In this document: positions 1 through 12,995 of the stretch, piece by piece
How positions within the stretch are numbered: the stretch's first letter is position 1
Layout: every line of letters starts with the position of its first letter
Assembly: GCA_964016885.1 (NCBI GenBank)
Contig: OZ024741.1
Coordinates: 300,328,001-300,392,000 of the forward strand
Direction of reading: 5' to 3'
DNA: 64,000 bases
Source of the DNA: Eledone cirrhosa
Lineage: Eukaryota
Position numbers and translations under genes: made by a program
The notes under the pieces: generated by a model
What the model saw: only the letters and a program-made list of their open reading frames with translations
Databases searched by the model: none
Told to the model about the DNA's origin: nothing

Positions 1-559
1 TATCATCTGAGTCTATCGTGAGGATTGCCCCGCCCTCCTCCTTTAGCCGGGAAGGGCAGGCAGTTTTTATCTGTCTGGTGGCCATGGCGAAAGAGATAGT
101 ATGGTGGACACGTTTGAAAGGGCTGAAGACGAGCACTTACCTCTTCGGTGATGCTCTGATTAACTTTTTCAAATTTCGTTTGAAAAGGAAAATCAGAGTA
201 GAGAAGGAAGTGCTCTCTTCCCAGCATTTTGTTGAAAGATGGGTGAGAGAAGCAAGAATGGCCCGAGTGAATGGGCCGACTCTGAGTATATATCTGTAAA
301 CTAAAGGTGGAAAACTGGGAGAGGGCACTTGCCTTGGTGGTCAGGGTCATTGTGGCTTTTTACTGGGCTTTCTCCACAAATGTCCCTCCGAAGTCTCCCC
401 CCTATTGGGGAATTTTTCATTGTTATTTTCATTGTTATTTTTGTTACATCCTCTGTTTTTGTTTTTTTACACGCAGAAATGCCCATTTGTACTGTCCTGC
501 ATTGTCCTGCACTGTCCTTAATGTCTACTTTATGTAAACCCTTGTGGTTAATAAAGAAA

Positions 560-603
<44 letters not shown>
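1..603 (+). mobile_element. Tx1/L1-like LINE 3' end (ORF2 C-terminus, 3'UTR, (TTA)n tail)
   Basis: ORF 18-299 (AMAKEIVWWTRLKG..LINFFKFRLKRKIRVE..FVERW) matches the C-termini at 4500-4739 and 63524-63991; (TTA)n tail at 562-603. Confidence 0.85.
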
Positions 604-942
604 GGCGTTGTACAGAGGATTAGTGAGAGAGGCAAGAATGCCCGGGCCTACTCTGAGTATGTGCCTCTAAATTGAAGGTGGAAACTGGGAGAGGGCAGTT
701 GCCTTGGTTGTCAGGGTTTACCGTGGCTTTTTTTAATGGGCTTTCTCCACGATGGCCCTCAGAAATTCCCCCCCCCCCCCTATTGGGGAATTTTCATTGT
801 TCCTTTTTTGTTACATCCTTGTTTTTTTTACACGCAGAAATTCTCATTTGTACCGTCCTGCATTGTCCTGTACTGTCCTTACTTTGTGTAAACCCTTGTG
901 GTTAATAAAGAAAGCATTATTTATATTATTATTATTATTATT
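604..942 (+). mobile_element. Second 5'-truncated copy of the same Tx1-like LINE 3' end
   Basis: Near-copy of ~244-580 (ggaaactgggagagggca..., aaacccttgtggttaataaagaaa) ending in (TTA)n. Confidence 0.85.
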
Positions 943-3900
943 GGTCAGTTCGGACGCTATTTGCTAGCTCCCAGTAAGTCGCTTTATTTACCTGTTATAA
1001 TTATTTGTTGCTTAATTTTTCTTGTTATGTAATGGATATAAGCCATTGGACTTTGACCTGTGAACATCCAAAAGCCCTTCGGGTGCGTCTGGGCACGCAA
1101 AACCCACATCAACCGAGGCAAAATGTACGCCATAGTAAACGTACTTTTTCAACTCCCTATAAGCGTGAGAAGTAAGGCGCCCAAAGTGCTATCTCTGTGG
1201 GCAGAAGGGTTACCTCAGAGCCTTCAGCCCGCAGAAGACAGCCAAGAAGAGCCACCACCACCCCTCCTCCGACGCCTGATTCGCTACTACCAAGAGCAGG
1301 TCAGGAAACAGAGGCAGAAGACCCTTCCACGGTGAGTAGGATGGCAACGTCCGTGGCACGCATACCAAGGCCACGGACAACTAAAGCAGCGGCAGCAGTG
1401 GTGGCAACACCAACAGTCGCAGTAGCCACACCGGCGGCAAAATCCCCGGAGTGGTCTCCACTACCACCACCAACAGCAGTGGAGCTCATACCTCTTCCTG
1501 ACGCCACGGAGTCCGACATGGAGTGTGAGGCGCGAGGGAGGTGGCAAATGGTCTGCCATAAAAAACAAAAAACAAAAAAAACCCTTAGCTTCACCCTCCA
1601 AAAGTGAAGGCAGACAAAGAGGGGTAAAGGCTGTAAGGAGACTTGCAGCAACACCACCACCATCACTATCACCACCACAAGCATCACCACCAACAATAAC
1701 CACAACCAGCAGCATCACCAAAAACACCAACATCGCAAACACAACAAAACACACACCCCCAACAGCAACAACAAGAAAACAGCAACAAAATCGCCCCTCC
1801 TCCCAAAAAGTACACAGTCATAAACATGGCAAATAAAGAACTCCTACAACACATAAAGCAGCACACAGACATCACAAAAAGGATTGGATCTCGCCATACG
1901 GGCCATCTTCCTGGACCCAGAAGGTAAGTCGGTGGTGCTGGAGGTGACCGGTAGCGAAGGCAATGCTTTCAGGCTAGTAGCAGTCTACGTCCCAACAGGG
2001 GCAGGGCGGCCAGATTTCTTCAGACGTCTAGAGACCTTTCTTGGAAAGTCCCGCTCTTTAGTGTTAGTCGGCGACTGGAACAGTATCTTAGATGCACGCT
2101 GGGATTATGTGGGGCTAGTAGACAGGGTAGGAGGGTATAAATGCCTTAACAACCTGTTCAGACGTTTTGAACCGTCTGACAGATGTAGACTGGATTATCC
2201 GAATCTGGCAATGTGGACATGGGCAAACCGCATCTGGTCATCCAGATCGTATTTAGATAGGGTATTCTGTAGGAAAACAGATAACGCTAGTGTAGATTGT
2301 CCTCAATTTAAAGTAGTCGACTACATGGAGCACAAATTTGTGATCTGTGATGCTGAATTAGATAGACTCCATAAGCAAGACCTGATTAGCGAATTAGTTA
2401 AGCATGCGTTGACGGGTGCAATCGTCAACAAGACGTGGTGTTTTAGCCTGAAAAGGGCTATTAGAGTAGAATCGATAAGGTTTAGCAAAGGAGTAGTGAT
2501 AGAGGAAAATAGAGTAGAGGGAGAGTTGGTTAGAAAACTAGAAGAAGCGTTTAGGACAGGCATCGCAACCGAGCTGCTTCCGGCGAGGTTAGCACTCGAC
2601 CAATTCTTCAACGCAAAGCATGAGGGCTGCGTTGCCAGAGCTAGAACGCGTGCTGTAAGACACGAGGGGATGAAAGCAGTTCAATGGGGCTGGGTGGTGG
2701 AGGCGCGACGTGGCAACAAGTCCACAATTCGGTCTTTGCCTGATCAAAACGGGTGCATGTTGCTCGAACCCGAGCAGATGTGTGCGGCTTTTCAACAGCA
2801 CTTTGATCAAATATTCAGGAGCGGCGGCGGGCCGGATCGGAGTATGCACTTCAGTGCATACCTCGACGGACTGTCGCAGCTCTTGACGCCGGTAGCGCAG
2901 TGCTGCGAAAAGCCGATAACAGCCAATGACATACGGGAAGTAATGTCTGACTGCACGAGGGATAAATCGCCAGGTTTCGATGGTCTACCTTACGAGCTTT
3001 ATCCATCTACAACAACCACCATCTCATGCAATGCATCATAGAGAGGGTGGTTAAAGAACCTGGCACGGGTTTGGCCCTGATCATCTTGGATCAAACTAAA
3101 GCATTTGATAGGGTCGACCATCGGTACCTGGCTGCGGTCCTCGAGGCGGCCGGCTTCGGGCCTGTTTTTAGCGGCTGGATCGCTGTAATGCGCAGCGACA
3201 TCTGCACGATTGTGAGGGTGAACGGTCACCTGTCGCAGCCGTTCAGCTAAATGCGCTCGGTCCGCCAGGTTTGTCCCCTCTCGTCCCTCTTGTACGTACT
3301 GGCCCTGGAGCCATTACTGCACAAATCGAAGACCATGAGAGGGGTCTCTCGCGAAACGGGAAGCGGGAGATCCGTTTCGGGTTTCGCCGACGCCGTCACC
3401 TTGGAGACATCGAGCACCAACCACGTCCAGATTTTCGGTACCTGTCTCAAGGAATACGAAGCGGATACAGAAGCAAATATAAACCAGAAATGTCGGTGGG
3501 CTTGCAACCCGGTACCTGGAGAGGCAAGTCCATGCCGTCCGACAGCGTCGTTGGGCGCTGGACGGAAGGACCGGTTAAATTGCTCGGTCTCTGGTTCGGT
3601 CTAGACATCCAGATGGAGAAAAGCTGGAGCGAGGTGACGAGCAGGGTGGCCACTCTCACCCAGAAATGGGCCGAGATTAGGCTGTCTCTGAAAGGTCGGG
3701 CGGAGGTGGCGAATGCGTACATAGCGTTCGTCATCTGCTGCCACCTGACCTTCGCAACTTGCCCCCGCCCAACTCTGACCAAAATGGAGCGCCTTCTCTT
3801 CCGCCTTTTGTGGAAGGGACGTGCCCCCATGATGAGACGATCCATCTGCTGTTAACACACGTTGCGTGAGGACAGGGCATGCCGTGGCTGATGAAGTGCA

Positions 3901-4772
3901 AATATGCGCTGAGTCTGCGATATCTCTGGTGCTCCCTTGACGGTGAAAAGGTGTGGTTGCCGTTTGCCAGACGCGCTTTTCCCGTTCTCGTCTCCTTGAC
4001 GGAGCTGCAGTCCTGGATTAGGAAAAGACTGAGAGATAACGCTTGGAAGCCGGAATGTTTCCAAGCGCTCACTGGGCACTGATATCGGTGGAACATCCAT
4101 CTCGGTGTTATGAGGGCTAGTGGAGGGGAGAGCGCTAGTGGAGGGGAAGAGCGACGACGTTCTCTGGGAAACCCTGGGCGTCGAAGACGATCAGCTGTTC
4201 GCTCTCTTCAAGAGGACTTTCATCCCGGGAACTATGGGCAACTTCCAGAGAGCCTGGCCTGGCAGTGCTACCGGGGAGCGTTGCCGGTTCTGGATAAGCT
4301 CTACAGGCACGCAGGTGCTGTCAGCCGAGCCTGTCTGAGATGCGCACAAGGCGACGTCCTGCACGCATTCGTTCAGTGCCCGAGGATTGCTGACTTGTCG
4401 AACAATTGCTGTCGCGTATAGGACGGACCCAGTTATCGAATAAGTCCATTGTTCAGATAGCCCCACCACCCTCCTCAAATAGGTAGTAGAGCTGGCTGTG
4501 TTCACCTGCCTGGTGGCCATGGCGAAAGAGATTGTGTTGTGGACAAGGTTGAAAGTGTTGAAGATGGACACTTTCCATCCGGTCAATCCCTGATTAACTT
4601 TTTCAAGTTTCACTTGAAGAGGAAAATCAGGGTGGAGAGGCAAGTGCTGTCTTCTAGTAATTTTGTTGAAAGGTGGGTGAAAGTGGCGAGTCGGGTCCAA
4701 GTGAAAAGGGCCCACTCTGAGTATGCGCCTGTAGACTGAGGAGTGGGAAAACGGAAAGAGGGCACTTGCCCT
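943..4772 (+). mobile_element. Decayed, internally deleted Tx1/L1-like LINE (ORF1 zinc knuckle, ORF2 APE-RT-CCHC)
   Basis: Degenerate knuckle CYLCGQKGYLRAFS at ~1187; APE motifs LVAVYVP, LVGDWN, SYLDRVF and KSPGFDGLPYELY in 1884-3041; RT motifs LDQTKAFDRVDH, VRQVCPLS, FADAV in 3026-3604; C-terminal CLRC..HAFVQC; many frameshifts. Confidence 0.88.
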
Positions 4773-4774
4773 TT

Positions 4775-5200
4775 AGGTACCCGGACAAACGATCATCCAC
4801 GAAACTCGCGAGCCACGTATGTTCCCTCAGGGACTCAAGTATAGACTACTCCATTCAATGGAAAGCCATCACTAACTCCAAACCATACGCAAGGGGCAAT
4901 CCTACTTGTGGACTGTGTATTGATGAACAGACAAATATCCTAGGGAGACCACGCAATAGCGATTGCCTAAACTCAAGGAATGAAACACCTCTTACATAAC
5001 TACAAAGCTCCGGATTACCAACAACATTCTAATTTTCTCAGCAACTCAAACTACTTTTCGGATTGCATCGCTTGGGTGAAGTGACCGTTTCTGCGCATGC
5101 GCGTTCAATCGGTTATTCTTCCTATTCCGTACAACCATGACCAGTCCGAGCTGAAGATCCGTTACGGTATGGTAAACTAACTGTTCCAAACGCCTCAAAA
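4775..5200 (+). mobile_element. Penelope-like element 3' fragment (GIY-YIG C-terminal part)
   Basis: STKLASHV..YSIQWKAI..PY..CGLCIDE..LNSRNE resembles the C-termini of the GIY-YIG ORFs at 35000-35482 and 61072-61563. Confidence 0.7.
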
Positions 5201-5440
5201 TCCTGATGCCTCAAACAAACCTAAAAACTGAAAAAACGCAGTTTTTCACCTAATGCGGGCCCTAGGGGATCAAAAAGTTGAATTTTTATGTGCATAACAC
5301 TCCCTGAAACATAGGTAATTTATTGGAATTCTTGCTTAACCCTGTATTTAAACTAACTTATATGTAAAAATACACAGTTCCAACCAATTTCAGTAAAGTT
5401 ACTGTTACAACTTCTCCTCATCTAGACTGTCCTCTGATAG

Positions 5441-7186
5441 CACCGTGTAACATATTTTTTGTTTCCCGGTTCTAAGTGTCATTTCCTGGTTTGTTATATC
5501 CCATTATTATTTAAAAAAATACTATTATTTAGTCAGAAGTTTGGGTTTGTGGTCAGGAGTTTGATATTTCGAAATTTTCATATTTTTCAAGAAAAAAAAC
5601 ATTTCTCTTAAATCTATCAGTTCATATAATTGAATCAACAGAGTATATATTTATTTTATTACACAAGCTTATCAAAAGCAAACAGGTAAAAGCAAATAAC
5701 ACTTATAAAGCAACTTATACACGTCAGAAATGACTGGATTTCCTGGATTTGCGGTTGTAGTCCAGGTCGCATTCCCGCACTAGCCCCCAGATATAATCCC
5801 CCATCATTTTTTCATTGTAGTGGCCCTGGTACCTCCGCTCTATCTTTTTCACATCTTGGTAGAATCGTTCGCCTTGTTCTTCTGAGTAGGCGCCCATATT
5901 GTCCTTGAATTTTTCCAGGTGAGCGTCCAGCATATGGAGTTTAAGCGATATCCTGCAACCCATGGCGCCAAAAGCTTTTATCAGATCCTGCACCAGTTGC
6001 TGGTAGTTTTCAGCTCTGTAGTTGCCCAGGAAGCCCTTGACAACAGCCTTGAAACAGGTCCATGCTGTTCTCTCAATCCTATTGAGCTTATTGAAGAACT
6101 TGGTAGACTCAAGCACATTCTTTATCTGAGGTCCAACAAAAATTCCACCTTTGATTTTGGCCTCAGATAACTTGGGGAAGAACTCAAGAAGGTACTTAAC
6201 AGCGGCTGATTCTTGGTTGAGAGCCTTCACAAACTGCTTCATCAACCCCAACTTAATGTGCTGTGGCGGCATGAGCACAATCCTGGGATCAACCAGTGGC
6301 TCCCACATGAGGTTCCGGGTCACAACTACAAATTATGTTCTGCTGCTCCCAGTTCTTTCTTTTGTGGTGGTTAGAGGTGGCTCTGCTGTTCCAAAGGTAG
6401 AGGAAGCATTGGAATTTAATAAAGCTTCCTTGGAGTCCAAGCAGGAAAGCCACCATCTTGAAATCTCCAATGATTTCCCAATTGTACTGGTTGTATTGCA
6501 GAGCTTCCAAGAAGACTTTCACACTATAGTAATCTTCCTTCAGGCAGACTGAATGAGCTAGGGGCAGTGTCGGGAACTTGTTTCCATTGTGGAGGAGGAC
6601 AGCCTTCAAACTTGTGGTGGAGATGTCTATAAATAGCCGCCACTCCTTGGGCACAAACGGCACCCCAATAACGTCAAACAGTCCAGGCACGTCATGGCAG
6701 AAGCAGAGGCCATCCCTAAGAGTGTAAAAACCTGCGAAAGATTCTGTCGACTTCTCTGACTTGTCACCTGCAGTTCCTCCTTGACCAATTTCCACTGCTT
6801 CATCCTGGAGACGAATTCTTAAAACACAACTTACACTTTATTCAGGGTGCGAAAATCCAGTATCAATAAATCTCTTTAATCCAGTTTTTAACAATTTTAT
6901 ACTTTATTACACTTTTATAATTTTCTTTAGGTATTACTCTTTATTTTGTAATTTTAATTTAACCTGAAACATATATAAAAAAAGTTATTTAACATAAGCA
7001 AATTAAACTTACATACGACGTAAAATCCAGCCTACAAATAATTCTAGTGAATAGCATAGAATTGTTTACAAACCCAAAATTTTAACTGTTTAATAGAACA
7101 TTTTTTTATTTATTTGGGACCTAAGCAACACAAAAAAGTGATTACAAGCCAGGAACAGAGAAAAAAAAATCTGTTGTTACACGGTG
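5441..7186 (-). mobile_element. Chapaev3-type (CMC superfamily) DNA transposon, internally deleted
   Basis: TIRs CACCGTGTAACA (5441) / TGTTACACGGTG (ends 7186); TAG on both flanks (5438-40, 7187-89) = 3-bp TSD; transposase remnants inside. Confidence 0.85.
5724..6810 (-). pseudogene. Frameshifted Chapaev3-like transposase
   Basis: EWRLFIDIS..SLKAVLLHNGN, GDFKMVAFLLGLQG, PPQHIKLGLMKQFVKAL, GIFVGPQI, SEEQGERFYQD..RYQG; split over two frames, N-terminus missing. Confidence 0.85.
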
Positions 7187-7899
7187 TAGTCAAATACAGA
7201 ATATGCCTGGTGATATGTAGTGTGTCGCAGCATCAGGAATTGTTCTCATCAATTAGTTTTTATGTTCAGCTGCTGTAGTACTGTTGCCGGTGCCATGGCC
7301 TAATGTTATGTTTATCCAAAAGCTTGTAACTGATATGGGTCTATTCTGCCTTCTGGTATAGCCAGGCCACAGAATAGATTATGAATCTAGTCAACAATTG
7401 CGCTTCGTTTCTTTAGATATGCAAATGGATGTGGAGATTATGTTCCACCACTATTTTTTCCTCACTTCGTTTAAGCTTAAGTTGTTTCTCACTTTCTTCT
7501 TTTCACGTGTATATGCGGATGTCTCATCACATTTCAGATGACGGCAAATTAATTCATGTGCATTTAGATATTTTGAGACCTTTTGTATTTGGTCGGAGAA
7601 AATGTTATATTTAAATTTAATATTTAACAGTACATCAGTGGTATTTACACACTTATCGGCTAAATCCCATGTTCCGTGAAGGATCTAAAGTAAGTTTGAA
7701 TATTTATGTAACACATTAGAAATGGAGATCATTAATATATTTTACATTTTGTTCAATGGTCACCTACTTCAGAAAAATAGAAATGATGAATTCATCTGAG
7801 TGCTTCTGATAACGGAATTAATAGGCGTTATAACCCTCATAACAACATCAGTACTGGGCAGAATGTAAGTTCTTCAGGGAGTTATCAGAAGCCTTCCAC

Positions 7900-8790
7900 T
7901 AACCAGGAAGGATGTTAAGCCTTCTAAGTCAAGATATAGAGTTTTAAAGAAGGAGTGTGACGTCTCAAATTCCCACTTTTCGATAACCCTAATTGGCATT
8001 CCATCAATTTTAGAACAAATGGGAAAAAGTTTTCAAAGTTATTTAACTAACTTTGCTTCCATTCAAGATGTCAGGCAAGGCGCCTGCTTCACCTAAGTTG
8101 AGATGTCAGGTTGTACAGGCAGGTTAAAGAGCTAAATACATAAGAAATATCTATCCTCGAAGTCTAAGCCGGCATGGATGAAGAGTTAGCAAAGAGGACA
8201 ATAGGGCTTACGCAAGAAAGAACGTAGAGAAAATATAAGATTGTGCTGTAGCAGAGGATCACCTATCCGGAACTCATACATGTAGACTTCTCGCTTATCT
8301 GTTTCATTGTCCAGGCATTTTACGATGTGTTATCAAACCCAGCTATCATTGAAATCTTGGACTAGAGCAATACACCTTTCTGTCCAAACTGTTCTTAAAG
8401 ATGTGCTTTAGCACATGTCAGTAACTCTACAAAGCGCTTAGAGTACGTTGCTTTCGGAGCAATCTTATCAGGTAGTCTAGCTGCTGCTCTGAAGGAATGG
8501 CCACAGCTCTATGCTTAAGAAAACATCACTATGACCTGAAAAAGTCACTTACCTTGATCAGGGCTCCGAAGAACTCAATTCCAACTTTGAGATGACGAAG
8601 TAACTGACCATGATAGAATCTATCTAAGCCGAAGGAAAATGCATTGAAGATGCTAACAAAAGGTAAGTGCAACGTTACGGTAACTTCATTTGAATTGACA
8701 AAATGGGAACTGGGAGACGCATGGTGAAGCCTTAGGACTGAGGTATAGATGGCTTTCAGGATACTGGTTCTAACTAATTAAACTTTACAT
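7900..8790 (+). mobile_element. Highly decayed HERO/R2-group (RLE) non-LTR retrotransposon 3' part
   Basis: ICFIVQAFYDVLSNPA read from 8297, then PFCPNC; resembles the ISFLIxAxYDVLPSP..CxxC region of these elements; boundaries approximate. Confidence 0.45.
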
Positions 8791-10279
8791 GGATAGCAAA
8801 TATGAAAGCCATTTATTCCACGAGAGATGACACAACGAAAGCTACAAATTGTCCTTTGAATGAAATGACTATTCTGAGGCAACTTCCTCCAGACACGTAA
8901 GTCGGGGCCCAAGTATTCCTGGCTGAGTCCCCGTGAGAAATATGTCTGTTGCTGACTCGGGCGAACCGCGCGATGTCCCCCCCCCCCCCGTTCATGTCAT
9001 TGATGATGCGATTTAGCCCATCCACGAGATGTATTTTGCATACGAATCCAAAATATTTTGCGTAGGTAGTTTTGAAGCAATTTACAAATATGAAAGTCAT
9101 CCAAATTAGATCTTGCAATGGTATTTTTATTTATGTAATTATGGTGATGTAGCAACATCAAAACTTTCAATGAATTTATAATTTCATAACATTTTTAGAT
9201 ACTGTTTGAAAATTTGAATTTCATTTTAATGAAAAAATTGCATTAAATCTTACTCTTTCTCTCCTGATATATGATATTGAAGTGAATTAATTACAAGTGA
9301 GGTAGAGAAATTACAACTGTTATTAGATTTTCACAGGCGTTCGATTATGCCCGAAATTTTATAATTGCAAAATTACTATTAGCAAGGGGCTGCTGCCAAT
9401 CTTTATTGATGGAATTAAAGTCAAACAATTTCAGGATCAAAGTCCGATTTTCCTTTACATAAATACTAATAGCAGCGTTAAAATTGGTATAGCAGTGAAA
9501 ATTATGGCCATAAAACTAATGTCATAGATTGCTGTCAAAATGAATATAATTTGGGTACGTTAGTAAGGTAAAGTGAAATTTAAAACAAAATTGTGTATTA
9601 TATATATTTTGAATTAACACGATAATGAAACATATTAATATGGATAGGAATATTGGTTCCATAAATTTTGAAAATGAAAATATATACAAAGGTGAAAAGA
9701 TTGGTTTCTATACATGCACATGCACATACACACACACACGCCCGCATACGAGCACACATGCGCATATACGCCCCCCCCAAAAAAAAACACACACACAAAC
9801 ATGGACACACGCTTATATATATATATATATATATATATAGTAATAATAATAAATGTGGAGACTAATCGAAAAGGATAAGATATATAAGATAATATATAGA
9901 AGATCCCGTTAAGGGTGAAAGCAGCGATTATTTGCTTAAACATTAATCTGTTATTTTTATCAATATACATATGTATATATATATATATATATATGTATAT
10001 ATAAATTCAAATTAAAAGATATATGTGTGTAGCCTTGTATCATTACAGAAACACAAAGTATTTTGTACATATGTAAAACATATAATATTTAGTAAACAAT
10101 ATATAATTTAAGGTGGAAAAGTTATTATTTTTCTTGGGGCCTCCGTTTCATACTTTCTAAACCATTACGAAAATCGATCTAAGCAATCGAAAGTCGATTA
10201 GCAATTATCGATTGAAATTTTCTACTGCGAAACTCATCATACATATTACATATGTTATGATACTTTAAATAGATAGATA

Positions 10280-10461
10280 GGAAAAGGTTCATGACCCGAC
10301 GGCAGAGCTTAAGCCGTTTCGACGGCTATTTCTGGACCGTCGAAACGGCTTGAGCTCTGCCGTTGGGGTCTTGAACATTTTACCATTACCCACTCTACTA
10401 CCTTAAGTATTGAGTACTCTGGTGCGTATGGTCCACCTGGTTCCTTTCCAAACTTCCTTCG

Positions 10462-10463
<2 letters not shown>
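10280..10463 (+). repeat. Short dispersed element with 5' hairpin, ending in (TA)n
   Basis: Family copies at 15005-15200(-), 29060-29197(+), 55617-55738(-); shared ...acccactctactaccttaagtattgagtact..ggtgcg..atggtcca.ctggttcctt. Confidence 0.75.
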
Positions 10464-10515
<52 letters not shown>

Positions 10516-11109
10516 AGTAAGTATGTTTTGAAACAGTGAGCAGGTTTGAAATTAGAAAAGGGATGCACGTCCTTCTATACTGTGTGATCCATCACGCGGC
10601 GTACACTTTCACTCCTATCCGGGAAATCCAATGCAGAAAAAGTGTAATTCCTGTGGTGCCTGTATGCCATGATGATCTCAGATTTGAGGTTAACTGTATT
10701 ATTTTTTCATCTGACTATCTCCACGGCTTCCGCCAGATATAGCTTGCAGCGTCCATCACACACTGAATACGCAGCTGCACGTTGCATTATACTCCAGTGG
10801 ATAGGTGTGTGCGTATATATAGGTGTGTGTGAATATATACATATGTGTACTTAAAAGAACTGAACGTATATGTTTATGGGTGGGTGTGATTGTCGCCTAT
10901 GCAAGTATTGCATGCGTTAGCTAATATACGTTTGACCTTGTGTGTATATATGTACGGACACCTATCTATATTTACATAAGCATTTTGTATAGGTATGTAT
11001 GTAGATGTATGTAAGTGTAAGTATATATGTAAATATATATATATATATATATATGTATATAGAATAAGGAAAAGCGAAGTAGTTTCAGATGTTCAAGTCT
11101 TTTAATAAT

Positions 11110-11298
11110 AATTGTTACTACTTTAGGCACAAGGCCAGCAATTACCCAGTGCATTACTGGTACTTTATTTTATCGACCCCGTAAGGATGAAAGGCAAAGT
11201 CAACCTCGGCGGGATTTGAACTCAAATCGTAAAGCGACGTAACTATGCTGGAAAGCATGGCGTCCGACCCTCTACCGATACTGCCAATCCACTGCCTA
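11110..11298 (-). mobile_element. tRNA-derived SINE
   Basis: Minus strand has A-box-like TGGCAGTATCGG and B-box GTTCAAATCC, then gcctttcatccttacggggtcgataaaataaagtaccag; near-identical copies at 11898 and 59177. Confidence 0.85.
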
Positions 11299-11897
11299 TA
11301 AGTATTTTAATAATAATGCTGTGATATATATTTCAATTACGACAGTGGTCACACTGTTCCGTGCGCCAGTGTCGCGACATCGTCAGACAGCTTTTTACAT
11401 AATAAGGTTATGTTTCCGAGGCAATCCAAATTGAATCGACATGGGAACAAACGAAGTGTGTGCTCTTGGGTTCTTCGTCCATTCCCCTGTGAGTACCAAT
11501 TCACCCCCACCGGTCTGCGCAGGCGCAGGTCCGTAGGAAGTTGACCATTAGCTACCGCAGATTTCAACGACTTGAACATCTGAAACTACTTCCCTTTTCC
11601 TTATTCGATATTTACTCCGTCACTCCTATGTGGAATAAGTACGTTGAGTGCTTGAATTGAATTGCATCAATGTTTACCCTAAGTATATATATATATATAT
11701 ATATACATATTTAAAAAAAGGAAAAGAATGACTGCACTTGTAGTTCTAAATGATTTAATTTCATAATATTATAATATAATGAGTTGGGTAGATCTAGTAA
11801 GTTCCTTGTTAACTTCGGTAGGAAGATCTTTAAAGATTCCTGGTTAACTTTCCTACCGAAGTTAACAAGGAACTTACTAGATCTACCAACTCATAAT

Positions 11898-12084
11898 TGT
11901 TTCTACTTTTGGAACAAGGCCATCAATTATCCTAGTGTATTACTGATACTTTATTTTATCGACCCCGTAAGGATGAAAGGCAAAGGTAACCTCGGCGGGA
12001 TTTGAACTCAGGATAGCAAGAGCCGTAACTCTATGCGTCAAAGCATAGCGTCCGACCCTCTACCGATACTGCCAATCCACCACC
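11898..12084 (-). mobile_element. tRNA-derived SINE with 15-bp TSD
   Basis: Same family as 11110; TSD CTACCAACTCATAAT at 11883-97 and 12085-99. Confidence 0.88.
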
Positions 12085-12103
12085 CTACCAACTCATAATA
12101 TTA

Positions 12104-12435
12104 TCTATATATATAAAACTGAGGATGTCTGTGTGTGTGTGTGTGTGTTCCTTGAGTTTGAATCCCTAATAATCGAGAAGTACCCAACTGATTGTTTTCA
12201 AACTTTACATGTGTATTACTTGTTTCAGGGAGTGTTATGCACATAAAATTCAACTTGTTGATCCCCTAGGGCCCGCATCAGGTGAAAAACTTCATTTCTT
12301 CAGCTTTTTAGGGTTTTCTGAGGCGTGACGTCTAGCCGATTTTCCCGAAATTTCAAGGAATATTATGCACATAAAGATCCCGTTAAGGGTGAAAGCAGCG
12401 ATTCTTTGCTTAAACTTTAATCTGTTATTTTAATA
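12104..12435 (+). mobile_element. Non-autonomous Helitron-like element (5' part)
   Basis: 5' TCTATATATATAAAACTG..; homologous to 24637-25090, 14258-14662(-) and 5205-5312(-). Confidence 0.6.
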
Positions 12436-12439
12436 AATA

Positions 12440-12990
12440 CTAACAGAATGGCCCAGCGCTGCTCGGGATTCTAAACATAGACTGGCATGTTTATCCCTCC
12501 TTTCTGAAACAGTAAAGAAAAGTACAGAGTACCTCTGCCTGTGGATGGTGTCTACATTTTGTGTTATAAAAAGAAATTCGCCGTAGATTACCAAGGTTTG
12601 AACTTAATTGGGTGCCTGAGAGTAAAATGTTCGAACAACGAAAGCCAAGACGATAGGGTTAAGTAAAAAGGCATTCGACAAACCGAACAGGTATTTGTTG
12701 TGCTATGGTACTATGAAAGCAATAGTTACAGAACAGTAAGCATGTTGAACTGCAGTGGCGGAGAGTGGTGTTGTCTTACTGCTTTCAAGTTTCGTCGTAT
12801 GTTCAACAATTGATGCAGAAGTCCTAATGAAAAGTGAAGTCGCCTTGGGTGAATAGGCAAATAATTATCCATTACGATTTTGCAAAAGCATGTAATTGCG
12901 TTCCCTCTCTTTTTTGTTTTTGTTTTTGCTGCTATTTATATTTTGTTTGTGTATGCAAACATATCTGTACACGAATATATAATTATATAT
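12440..12990 (-). mobile_element. Helitron 3' module
   Basis: Minus strand ends cccgagcagcgctggg-ccattctgTTAG; 12930-12990 matches 24478-24540. Confidence 0.55.
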
Positions 12991-12995
12991 ATATA

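Noticed and set aside
5145-5190. CTGAAGA motif after the GIY-YIG fragment
   Set aside because: GAAA is missing and stems pair poorly; at best a dead HHR
8813-9118. 101-aa minus-strand ORF
   Set aside because: No recognisable motif or splice context
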